From an uncultured virus (IMG/VR IMGVR_UViG_3300025133_000091) (lineage: Duplodnaviria > Heunggongvirae > Uroviricota > Caudoviricetes > Crassvirales), in IMG/VR virus record IMGVR_UViG_3300025133_000091: a stretch of 64,000 bases of DNA. One strand, given 5' to 3'. Both the position numbers and the translations under genes were made by a program. Shown here in pieces: positions 18,978-30,000 of the stretch (the first letter of the stretch is position 1; each line of letters begins with the position of its first letter). The notes under the pieces were generated by a model. That model made no database searches and was not told where the DNA came from. It worked only from the letters and a program-made list of their open reading frames with translations.

Positions 18978-20540
18978 TTAATCATATTTTACTCCAACAG
19001 CGTTTCTTCTAGCGTTAACCTTAGTGTAGAAAACAGGTTGGCCAGTAATAACTACACCTTCTACCTCTTCGTCGTTTGTTATAAGTTGACCAGTAGCACC
19101 ATCTCTTACATTATACCCCACGACCTTACCATTATTATCCAATACTGGCACGTACTCGTTCTGCCAAGGATCTGTAAACGCTTCACCAGCTTTAATTTTT
19201 TTAGCAACAGCTTTATCGTCGTATAAAACATTACCTTCTCTATTCATCCTCCAACCAACATAACTTTCTGTACCTTTTGCTGGATCGTATAAGAAACCAC
19301 CTCTTCCAATTTTAGCATTACCCTCAACTTTACCAAGTATAGCTTTGTCAAACCCTTGGAATGTATACTCATATCTACTAGTAATATCATTTTTTAAATG
19401 ATTTACTAAAACTTTTTTTGATCTTTCTAAGTCAAAGTTATCATCAGTAATATCTGTTAGTACATTAACCATTTTATCAAAATTTTCTTTAAAAAGCGCT
19501 TTATCCGCTTCAGGTAAGGCCTCCATGTCCTGAAGATCAATATCACCATCTTTGTCAACATCTGTTAATTGAAATGTTGTTAAAAAAGTTGACTCTAAAA
19601 GATCTAACGATATAGACGCTCCTTCTCCTGGTTTAGTATTTTGCAATGCCGATACTAAAGATTCTCTATTAACACCGTCAATTCTAGTTAACGCTAAATC
19701 TCTAAAATCTTCTTTTGTGTCAATTAAAACTTCAATATTTGACAGCAGTTCTTCATCATTAAGTATTGGTTTACCACCATTTTCAGCGTCTATTTTTGCT
19801 TGAGCTACTCTAGTTTTATAAATATCTACCACAGCACCTTGTTTTTTAGCATTTATTGTTGGTAGGTTTTCCCTCATTTGGCTTAGGTTGTAACTCATAT
19901 CTCCACCCATAACCATGTTACCAAAACCGTCGTCAACCTGTGAGTAATTCTTTGCGTTAAAAGTTAGTTTACCATCAACAAATGATACCGAAACGTTATC
20001 GTCCATGTCCATGTTATCTAAATCCATCATTAACATCATCGGGGCTATTGTTTCGCTTTTAATAGCGTTAGTATGCCAAGCAGCTTTATTTTCACTTAAC
20101 AATTGAAATGTAGTTCTAGCGTCTACAGCCTCACTAATAACTCTCTGTAGATCCGCTGTTATCCTTGTTCTAGCCTTTTCGTTTTCAACGTTATCACCTT
20201 TACCAAAAGTATTTACAGCCTCGAATTCATCTTGTAATCTTTTAACTTCAGCATCAACAGCGTTAACCAACTCTTGAGGCATTGTTTCTTTTCTCTTTAC
20301 GATTTTCTCATAGTTTTTATCCATGATTTTTTTAAACTCAGCTAACTGCGCGTTCTTACCAAGTCTTAAGGTTTCTTTTTCTACCTTATACTCTGTCATA
20401 GCATCTGTAGCGATACCTAAGTAAGATTTCATGTTCTCTGTATTACTATCGTATAAAGGTTTTAGATTTGGAACGTCTACTCCAGCTCTTGATGTAGCCT
20501 CGCTAAACGCTGCCTTTACTAATGTACTATCTGCTGCCAT
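18978..20540 (-). CDS. putative internal virion protein
   Basis: 520-aa helical ORF next to the giant protein; contains an EF-hand-like loop DVDKDGDIDLQD. Confidence 0.55.
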   Translation of the reverse strand: MAADSTLVKAAFSEATSRAGVDVPNLKPLYDSNTENMKSYLGIATDAMTEYKVEKETLRLGKNAQLAEFKKIMDKNYEKIVKRKETMPQELVNAVDAEVKRLQDEFEAVNTFGKGDNVENEKARTRITADLQRVISEAVDARTTFQLLSENKAAWHTNAIKSETIAPMMLMMDLDNMDMDDNVSVSFVDGKLTFNAKNYSQVDDGFGNMVMGGDMSYNLSQMRENLPTINAKKQGAVVDIYKTRVAQAKIDAENGGKPILNDEELLSNIEVLIDTKEDFRDLALTRIDGVNRESLVSALQNTKPGEGASISLDLLESTFLTTFQLTDVDKDGDIDLQDMEALPEADKALFKENFDKMVNVLTDITDDNFDLERSKKVLVNHLKNDITSRYEYTFQGFDKAILGKVEGNAKIGRGGFLYDPAKGTESYVGWRMNREGNVLYDDKAVAKKIKAGEAFTDPWQNEYVPVLDNNGKVVGYNVRDGATGQLITNDEEVEGVVITGQPVFYTKVNARRNAVGVKYD

Positions 20541-20559
20541 ATTTTATTTGTTTTGTTTA

Positions 20560-21384
20560 TTAAGGAATAGGATTACCATACTGATCGAGTTTTACTGGCT
20601 CTTGTTGAAGGTTCGTCACTCCACCACCATATCCATATTCACCTGCACCAGGGTTCGTTGCGTTTGGATCAGCAACTTTTGCGCTACCACCCCAATTTAT
20701 TTGACCAGCGGCTTGCCCAGCCACATTAAACATACCTGTCATAGCGTCGTTCTGAGCGATTTGAGCATTCATTTGGTTTGCCATAGCTTGTTGGTTTGCT
20801 AAATTAGCACCTGTAGTTTCTCCCATCTGCATTCCAAGTAAAGTAGCTTGTCTATCCATTTGAGCTTGTTGAACCCATTGTTGACCTTGTCTATCGTAAG
20901 TTTGAATAGCTGCCGCACCTTTAGCTGCTGCTATTTGATTTCTTGATTCTTGTTGACCTATTGAAGCTGATATTTGTTGGGTTTGTAACGCACCTTGATT
21001 TGCTAGTGCCTGAGCTAAACCTGCTATACCACTACCACCTGCAGCGCCTTTCATATTCTGCATTATGTTAGCTCTCTGCTGAGAACCTTGTTGCGCTTGA
21101 AATTGAGCTTGTTGTTGGTTGACAGTTAGATCTTCGTACACGTTTTCCATGTTAGCAAATGGATTTGTAAACTTCATACGTTTATATTCGGCTTTTTGTT
21201 TGTTTAAAGCAGCTTGTTCCTTTTGACGTTGTGCATCAGCATCTGCCGCAGCATCTTCAGCGATACCTCTGTTTTTACTAGCATTATATATGCTAACGCC
21301 AGCTCCAATAGCACCAACGACAATTGCGCCCCATGTTCTATCCATGTGGTTATTTGGTGACATTATGCCTGTTAAATTTATCAT
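20560..21384 (-). CDS. putative DNA pilot/ejection protein
   Basis: Hydrophobic Gly/Ala N-terminus and a Gln/Ala/Gly-rich body. Confidence 0.6.
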   Translation of the reverse strand: MINLTGIMSPNNHMDRTWGAIVVGAIGAGVSIYNASKNRGIAEDAAADADAQRQKEQAALNKQKAEYKRMKFTNPFANMENVYEDLTVNQQQAQFQAQQGSQQRANIMQNMKGAAGGSGIAGLAQALANQGALQTQQISASIGQQESRNQIAAAKGAAAIQTYDRQGQQWVQQAQMDRQATLLGMQMGETTGANLANQQAMANQMNAQIAQNDAMTGMFNVAGQAAGQINWGGSAKVADPNATNPGAGEYGYGGGVTNLQQEPVKLDQYGNPIP

Positions 21385-21878
21385 AATTTATTTTCTTTTA
21401 AATATTCTTCGTACTCATCCCAATTGAACACTACGTTTATTTTTGCTAATTCATCTAAATCCTCTGTATTAGTGGGATTTGCATGTACAGTTGTTATAAC
21501 ACAATCTTCTACCGCGTACACAATTCTTTTTGCTCCTTGTGGTGATATAATATAACACGGTGCTATAAACTCTTCAACACCATCTTCTTTTGACGATGCT
21601 AGTATTCCTGATAGTAAGAAGAATCCATAACTGTGTTTATGTATTGCTGAAAAACCCAGTTGACCCTTCTTCATTCTCATCTCTCTAATATAAACCCCAT
21701 CAGCAAAAGAATGCTTATATTCCCACAGATGCTCTGGATATATTATTTCTTTCCCAGTACCTATAATGTTCTCTCCATCAGCAATACTCACGAAGTAATC
21801 CTCAATTTGCTTTACCTTATCTTTATAGGATTTAGCCGGAGTATTGTCAAATATTTTTTGCAACTCATTTTTAGACAT
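21381..21878 (-). CDS. cupin-like protein
   Basis: HSFADGVYIREM..IHKH..GAKR..TVH pattern. Confidence 0.6.
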   Translation of the reverse strand: MSKNELQKIFDNTPAKSYKDKVKQIEDYFVSIADGENIIGTGKEIIYPEHLWEYKHSFADGVYIREMRMKKGQLGFSAIHKHSYGFFLLSGILASSKEDGVEEFIAPCYIISPQGAKRIVYAVEDCVITTVHANPTNTEDLDELAKINVVFNWDEYEEYLKENKL

Positions 21879-21899
21879 AATTTAATTTAATTTATACCT

Positions 21900-21930
21900 A
21901 TAATAGTCACAGTTTTGCCGGTTTTTTTAC
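21900..21930 (-). promoter_or_regulatory. candidate late promoter GTAAA-N15-GTGAC-TATTAT
   Basis: Intergenic, upstream of the ejection-protein block; conserved 15-nt spacing. Confidence 0.55.
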
Positions 21931-23642
21931 TATGGAGCTGATGTAGAAAGCAGTTTCTCAACATCGAATCTTAATGTTTGACTTGCGGTACCTGCTTTTA
22001 CAATTTGTATATTACCAGTTATAGTTGCAATTCTACTTGTATTTTCTACAGTTAATGTAACACCACTTTCTAACGTTTGAGCAGCATCAGCTGTTAAATT
22101 ACCACTACCAGTAGCACCTCCACCAGCTGTTATAAGTGGATTTTGTAGTTTTGAATTAATACCTATCCCACCAATTCTAGAAACATTATTGATAATACCC
22201 TCTTTACTAGCTACACCTATTGTAGCGCTAGCACTAACAGCTCCAGATGTTGTAGTTGTGGGCGCGGTTAAAGCGATAGCTAGATCTGTAAACCTAACTT
22301 CCCAACCATAAACTCTTGATATTTCATTTTCTCCATAACCACCAAGTTTCAAAGTATCTCCAGCTAGGGCTAGAGCTTGTTGTTTGTCAAAAACAACTTC
22401 ACCGTCTTGAGCTGTTATTAATCCTTTTACTATTGTTGGGGTTTTACCAACTGTACTTATAGCTGGTCTTGCATTTTGGATAATTACTTTTTCATCTTTA
22501 GTACCTTCAAATATTGTTATCTTATCTTCGTATGCACCAACCACGGTATCCGCTGTAACATCAGTATTTGGTACAACTATCATGCCTGGTTTTATTAAAT
22601 TAGCCTTAGTTATAGGCCAACTATAATTCATTTGATTGTAAAAGTTTAGTCTAACACCACTCCCAATTGACACGGCTTCTGAAGCTGTGAATTGGTACGC
22701 GTTAAGTCCACCACCAGTGATAGCAACAACAGTAACTAAATTAGCAAAATATGGACCTGTTGCTTGTATAACTTTATCACCAACTTTAATTTCCAAATCC
22801 TCAATTGTTTGAGTCATTGTAACCGTAGTGGTACTCGACATAACAGCGTTGGTATTATCATGAGCTGTCACAGTTGGGTAGATGTTTTCTCCTGGTAAAT
22901 CTATTGGAGCGGCTCCAATTACCGGTTCTATAAAAGCTATAACATCACTTTCCACTGGTTGCTTTAAAACTCTATAAGCAGCTGTCGTTGCGGCGGTTGT
23001 TGTAAAACTAAAAGCTGTTTTAGCTTGAGGTTTACCTCTATTAATAGAAATAGTGTCTGTTGCCATAGTTCCAGCAACTGTACTATTAGGTGAATAACCC
23101 TGTAAAGTCAACGTTAAAGCATCATACTGATATATAACTTTTTGCATCACTAGAGAACTAGACCCCGTAGAATTATTAATATCTAATGAACCGTCTCCAA
23201 ATCTAACTTCTCTATAAGCAGCATGTTCTGTACCTGGTTGTGCATAAAGATAAATATCATATTGATCATCACCACCTGTTACCGCTGGGAAAGTTATACT
23301 TCCACTATACGAGTTGCTAGATATTTTCTCTTCTAAATTTGAGGCATCAGCTTGAAAAGCATTTGTCACGAAGTTGTAGTAATATCCAGTGGTATTATCT
23401 TTAATTTCTAATTTAAACTCTGCTCCTTTATCTCCAGATATAGTAAAACGTCTACGTTCACTAGTAGCTGGTAAGTCTGATAAATCTAAGTCAAAAGACC
23501 TGATAACCTTTCCCTGTATTGGCATTTCGGAATCAAGCATTAAACTACCATCTGGCATATAATGATATCCAGGAGGAGCTATTTGTCCTTGAGCGTTTCT
23601 TTTGCTTAGCCCTGCTTTATTAAGTCCGTTATGATATGACAT
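21930..23642 (-). CDS. putative tail/structural protein
   Basis: 570 aa, Thr/Gly-rich beta composition, in the tail region. Confidence 0.55.
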   Translation of the reverse strand: MSYHNGLNKAGLSKRNAQGQIAPPGYHYMPDGSLMLDSEMPIQGKVIRSFDLDLSDLPATSERRRFTISGDKGAEFKLEIKDNTTGYYYNFVTNAFQADASNLEEKISSNSYSGSITFPAVTGGDDQYDIYLYAQPGTEHAAYREVRFGDGSLDINNSTGSSSLVMQKVIYQYDALTLTLQGYSPNSTVAGTMATDTISINRGKPQAKTAFSFTTTAATTAAYRVLKQPVESDVIAFIEPVIGAAPIDLPGENIYPTVTAHDNTNAVMSSTTTVTMTQTIEDLEIKVGDKVIQATGPYFANLVTVVAITGGGLNAYQFTASEAVSIGSGVRLNFYNQMNYSWPITKANLIKPGMIVVPNTDVTADTVVGAYEDKITIFEGTKDEKVIIQNARPAISTVGKTPTIVKGLITAQDGEVVFDKQQALALAGDTLKLGGYGENEISRVYGWEVRFTDLAIALTAPTTTTSGAVSASATIGVASKEGIINNVSRIGGIGINSKLQNPLITAGGGATGSGNLTADAAQTLESGVTLTVENTSRIATITGNIQIVKAGTASQTLRFDVEKLLSTSAP

Positions 23643-23654
23643 AGTTATTATTTA

Positions 23655-24041
23655 TTATTTACTGTTTTCAGTTACACCACTTCCTACCGACCATAATTTA
23701 GCGTCTGTAGTTGAATTGTTTACAAAATGAACAGAAGCATAGTACCCTAGTAAATCGTTGTTATTTACAACTCTATTTTTAGAGAAGGATATATAATCAC
23801 CTCCATCTGGATCTAATAGGTTGTAAGGCAAAGGATCACCAAAACTATCAACATATTCACTATAAACCTCTATCTCTGTAGAAGAAATAATACTATGAAC
23901 TTGACCGATATGTATCGGTACTGCGCTAGAATTCTGTTGAAAACCACCGAAATCCGATGTGCTCGTCATGTAAACCTGATCTCCAACTTGTAGAGAGGTA
24001 TTTATATCGTGATCAAAATTTAATGTTTGTACGTATGCCAT
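23655..24041 (-). CDS. putative tail protein
   Basis: C-terminal LLGYYASVHFVN..KLWSVGS; directly follows the large tail gene. Confidence 0.5.
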   Translation of the reverse strand: MAYVQTLNFDHDINTSLQVGDQVYMTSTSDFGGFQQNSSAVPIHIGQVHSIISSTEIEVYSEYVDSFGDPLPYNLLDPDGGDYISFSKNRVVNNNDLLGYYASVHFVNNSTTDAKLWSVGSGVTENSK

Positions 24042-24043
24042 AT

Positions 24044-27000
24044 TTAATCGTTTAGTGTAATAGTTATTGTAGCTGACTCAGAATTTCCACAAGAATCACC
24101 ATCGTTGTTCTCACAAACTGCTATTACTTGAAAATCGTAAGTACTTTCGTTTAGGAAGTAGTTAAAATTAGTGTTGTAAGTGTAGGAAGCAAGACCGCTA
24201 TTTATAGTAGGTGAAACAATAGAGATGAATCCAGGAGGAGATGCTCCATTGTCTATTAAAATTGCGTAAGAGGTAGCTGTATCCACCGAAGCAAAGTTAA
24301 ATGTAATTTGTGTTGCGTATGTAGGGGTGATTGGATCATTCCAAGTGTTAACAACAACAGGATTAGTTGCATCAAAAGTAGGTTCATCACAAGTATAACA
24401 ACAGCAATCGTTAGGGTTTGTACTACCATCAAAAGTACAATCTTGATTAAATGCAGCATCATAGTTAGTTGCCGTAGCATCCATACATCCTGGGTTAGGA
24501 GCTATACAACTACCATCAATCTGAAGGTCTAAATTTGGGTTATAGTTCATAGCTGAAGCATCCGTTTTACAACCCGCTGAGAGCACGAAAGTATTTGAAG
24601 TACTAGTCGTTATTACATCGTTCATAGAAGGATTAATTATTGGTCCTGACCAATCAGCATGATACGTTATAGTTAAATCACCACTTGCAACGCCATAAGC
24701 TCCATTAATATCAACATGTGGTGCCCACTCATTTTGCTGAACAAGACCCGAGAATGCTTGCGTACCACCACTCCAAGTCACTCCACTCTGAGATGGATCG
24801 ATCTCAATTCCTGGATTAGTAATAGTAGCCGTGTTAGTTCCAACGCCAAGATCTATAGATGTAACTAAAGCTGAGTTGTAAGCTGTACCATAGTTGTCTC
24901 CAGTAGCTCTAATACGTTGGTAAGCGGTGCTTCCCCCAAAACCGAATCCTTGTAGTTCGCTCACAAGCGGCGTTCCAGTGTAAGTACAACAACTGTTATC
25001 ATTAGTCCCATCGTTACAAGGTGTGGTAGCGTCAGGATCATAATTATCCGCTGCGTATAAACCAAATCCATCAGCATTTAATGTAGCGTCCATACAACCA
25101 GCGATAACACAAGAACCATCATCACAACCAGCAGCTGCATCATAATTTGAAGCAGTTGGATCTGTACATCCACCATAAGTACAAGAACCATCATCTATAG
25201 TCGCTCCTGCGTTGAAATTACACGCCGTAGCATCAATACATCCTGAATATGTACACTGTGTGTTGTCCGATATATCAAAACCAGTGGCATTAGTAGCCGC
25301 ACTATCAGCACAACCAATAGTAAATGTTTGCGTTTCTGTTATAGAACAATTACCATCAACTGTTATAACGTTAAATACTATATCAACGGTAGTAGAAGGA
25401 GGAGATACAACCGCAACGTAGTTCATTGTTGGCTCACTTGTTTTAACCCCAATAACGGTATTACCACTCATTCCACTACTCCAAGGGTTTAGTGTTACAT
25501 TATTACCATCAATAGTAGCGTTTGTACCTGACCCATTCCAATAGGCGGAGGTGTTAGGATACGGGGTGTTATATGTGTTTATTTTAAAAGTGGTGTTAGT
25601 AGAACTTTGTGTAATTTCTATTGTTGGGCAGTTGTAAGGATTACAAGAACCATCATCTACATTAGCAAGTGCATTGTAATTTGAAGCCGCATAAGTTCCA
25701 TCGTTGTTTAACGTATCATCCATACAACCTGGAATAGCAGTAATACAAGAACCATCATCTACGGTCGCAGCAGGATCAAAATTTATCGCAGTTACGTCCA
25801 TACATCCAGGAACTATAAGAGTCAAACAACTAGTAGGAATTGTATCAGCAACCCAAGTACTTCCACCACCAACTACAACAACTTGATTAACAGCATCCCA
25901 ACAATCACCACAAAATTCTAAGAACGTATTATCGTTACAACCAGTACATGTTGCGTATTCACAAGTACCATCATCTACTGTTGCAATAGGATCATAATTA
26001 CAAGCGCCCCAAGTTCCACCAACGTTATTATTTGCTCCAGTGCCATCTGTACAACCGGGTATTGGAGTTGACGTAATTGTTACACTTGTGCTAACTGTAG
26101 ATCCAAGAGCTAAATTACCAGCGTATAAGCCAGTCATGTCGCAAAGACCACTTAACGTTATTGTAAGAGTCCCAGCGGGTAAACCAGTTATTGTATATGT
26201 TCCTGTACCAGTTCCTGAATCAAGGATATCAACAATATTTCCTAGATAACCTAATTGATAGTAGTTTATCGTTGGGGAAGTGGACTCTGTCCACTCTATA
26301 ACAACCTCTCCATTACTCATTCCAGCATCAGCTGTTGTTTGAGAGATTATTTGAAGGTTTGTAGGTCCATAACAATACTCACAACCAGTTGTACAACTTG
26401 GGTCTGCGCCATCGTTGTTGATTGTACTAACATCTGTGTCTCCACAATAATTACACAAACCGTTGTCAACCGTAGCTGATGCATCATAGTTACATGCTGT
26501 AGCGTCCATACAACCACCAATGTAAGTGCATAGGCCATCATCAACCGCAGTACCATTTAGATAAGTTAAATTTCCATTAGGACCATCAACAACCGGTGAA
26601 CTACCTGTAAAGCTATAGTTTGTAGCTATAGGATCAGTACATCCTAAATATTCACAACTTCCATCGTCATAATTAACATCTGTCATCTCGTCAACAGGCG
26701 TAATGTAGTTATCAGCAGTTGTATCAGTACAACCAGGTATTATAGGAATACACATACAATCAGCGTATCCACAAGAAGTACCGTCACTTAAAATTCCTGA
26801 ACCAAAGTTTGCTGATGGGTTATAATTCCAATTACCTGAAATAGTACATCCCCAAACAGCTGGGATACAACTACCATCATCAACAGTTGCGTTAGAGTCA
26901 AAGTTCATCGATCCACCCGCCGCTTCTTGAGACCAAACAGCGAGAGGTCCTGTTGTACAACCTAACCAATAACAAGTTCCATCGTCTGTATTAGCACTTG

Positions 27001-30000
27001 GAAGGTAGTTATCAGCGCTAGCATCTGTACACCCATGGTTAAAATCAATACAAGAACCATCATCATTAGTAGCAGCGTCATTATAGTTAAACATTGTATT
27101 GTCCATACAACCGAATACAACACTAGTTGTTGTACCAGCAGTTCTACCTATACCTTGTATACTAGAATCTTCAGTATCATAGTTACCTGACACGTTACCA
27201 GTAGGGTTTATAGTAACATCGTTACCTGTAACATACCCAAACCACTTACCTTCTTTATTTATAAACTCAGTTATACCACCTTGTTCTAAATTAGTAATAA
27301 CGTTAGTAACATGCCAACCTTCTACATCTGCTAGATTAAAATATTCGTTATCACCAGTTTCTTTTGTTACTTTAGCTTGTGAACCCTCGTAGTTTACAGT
27401 TTTAAAAGATTTTACACTTCCAGGAACCTCGTTAAATACAACCTCTAAAGTTGATGGCACAAGATCTTGATCATAAAAAGTATTTCTATTAACAAACTCA
27501 TCGTGGTGTTTCCATATATTACCATCTTTAAACGTGTAATATTCATTAGCACAGCTAATAGCATTTTCAGGTGTAAATGATTTGAAACTCACCCAACCTT
27601 TTACATCTTCTTTAAATGTAACTGTTTTAGCAATAGTATCACCTTTTATAGTAACATTATATTCATCTTTTTTATCGTCATAACTACCAATTAGTTTATC
27701 ACCTAGTTTTAGGTGATCTCTAAACCAATCTTTCATACCGTGATTTGATATAGGTGTTAATCCGTCCATAGACAACCTCATAACAGTACCTCTAACTTTA
27801 TCGGTGAAGTAAATTCTATAAGCTTCCGATGCAAATGATTCTGGGTTTTTAGATATACCATACTCACCAGAATAAGGGATAGCTTGACCTAAAACATTGT
27901 TTGTTGAAGTTACATTTGTATTTCCATCAGCGTTGAATAAAGCGTCTTTATTTGCTAATATTTTTAATACTCTATCTTCACAAAGCGCTACTAAATCTCC
28001 ACCCTGTCCCCATCCACTATGTAGTTTTTGTATACTACCGTAAATAGGGTTTATATCTTTTGTAATTTTTTCAGCAGCTATAAATTGATTAAAGTTGTTT
28101 ACACCGCTAGTGGAATTATATATACCAGAATATATTAAACCATATTTTCTACGTTCCTCTTCATACGGCTCATCAAGAATCGTGGACACTGTTGCTCCAT
28201 TATCAATTTTAACAGCGTTAAAATCATCTCTTATTCTATTTGATTCTACACCATTGTTAAAAGAATAACAATTACTCCAAGACAATCCTTTTGGTAAACC
28301 TAACAAAAACGGTTTTACGTAATATTGGTAGTAATCTAAACTACCAGAGGTATTTAAAGGATTTGAAGCGTCAGCATCAGGATAAGTTGCTGTAGAAGCG
28401 CTTGTCCAATATTCTACTTGCACTTCAGAACCGTCTTGCAACGTAAACATTAAATTGTAACCATTGTTATATGTTAACGGTTTGTTTGTTACAATAACTA
28501 TATTTGGACCTATCTGTCTACTTTGCCAATCAACAACTATTGTTCCTGGATCCACAGTTCCAGTTGAAGTTGTGGAACTAACAATAGAACCAACTGGTAT
28601 TGTTGTTAACGCGTTTTCCTTACTAATACTAAGCTGATAAGTTCTGCTAGCCTCGTAATACACGTCTAGATCCGTAGATTCTTTTGGCTCCGTCTCCCAT
28701 ATAGATGGATCGATTGATGAATCAACACCAAAACCATCAAAAACCATTTTTGCTTCTAAAAATATTATTCTGGAAAGATTTGTGTTTATACCAGGCGTGT
28801 CCCAAACTCCAGCATATCCAGGAATCCCGACAGCATTACCAATAGTTGGAGTAAAACCACTGTCTCCAATGTTTTTGTCAAGCTCTAAGCTCCACGTAAT
28901 CCTATGGTTTGCGTTGTTAGTGTAAGCGCTACTGTGGTTAATGTTTGTACTCGCGCTATGTGGGTAATTACTTTGATAGCCACTTAGGTCTGAAGCACCT
29001 GGATAAGTGTCGTCATAATAACCTTCTGAATAATTATTTTTAAGCGACACAGACACACTTACAATTGTAAAAACTTCATCTGTTGGATCATCAGCAAATT
29101 TAAACTTATTTCCAACCACAAGCTGCTCCCACACATCCCAGTAGTCATCTGGAAGATTATACCTCATGTGTAATTGATCAAAAAAGTTGATCCATGTAGC
29201 TGGTTGCAACTTACCCTTAGTCTTCCACTCATCATGTATACCACCAATAAACGACAAATCCAACCTGTTACTACGACCCGTGTTGGCCCCAGCCCCATTA
29301 CCCAAGTGAAAATATTGATATGCACTAAGGTTTGAACCGTGATTTAATAGCGGAATATCTATGGTCGGGTAGCGGTTATCACCACAAACGCCAGGGGTGC
29401 TGTAACTAGTGTTGTCATCTTGAGGCACACAACCAGTAAGTTCTGTTAAAATGTTTTCGTAATAAGGGAAGTTATAAAGCGTTTCCATATCCGTGTCAAC
29501 ACCCGCGTTATAATCCAATGTAATTTGTGGTGCTGAAGCAGAGTTCCAACCTCCAAAAAGAGATTGTTGGTTTCTTTCTAATATATCGGTTCTTGATTGT
29601 TTTCCATCTTCTCCCCACTCAGCACTTATTCCCAAACTATCAATACCATCAACTGCGGTTGCAAAAGCCTCGTCAATAAACCATCCGTTAGCGTTGGAAC
29701 CATGTGTCTTTCTTAATATGTATCCCCATGTTTTGGGGTGATAATAAGATTTAGTTGGAATAGGCACACCGTCCATAGTGCCTCCACCAGTATACCTAGC
29801 CGCCGCCCACGAGTGGGGTAAAGCACTGATTTGCGCCATAATACCACCCATTGTTGGAGTAGACCCACTCATCGCGTCATAGAAATTAGCTTGAGTTTCG
29901 GTCGCTGTTAAACCACCAATATCCTCTTGGCTATAATCTTTTACGTACCCAAAATCGTGGTTCAAGCTAGATACTAATTGTTCTGTTCCAGTGTTAGATA

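Noticed and set aside
19527..19562. DVDKDGD as an RNA polymerase catalytic DxDxD motif
   Set aside because: It fits a 12-residue EF-hand-like loop (DVDKDGDIDLQD) with no double-psi barrel context. DFDDT in the giant protein is a HAD motif I.
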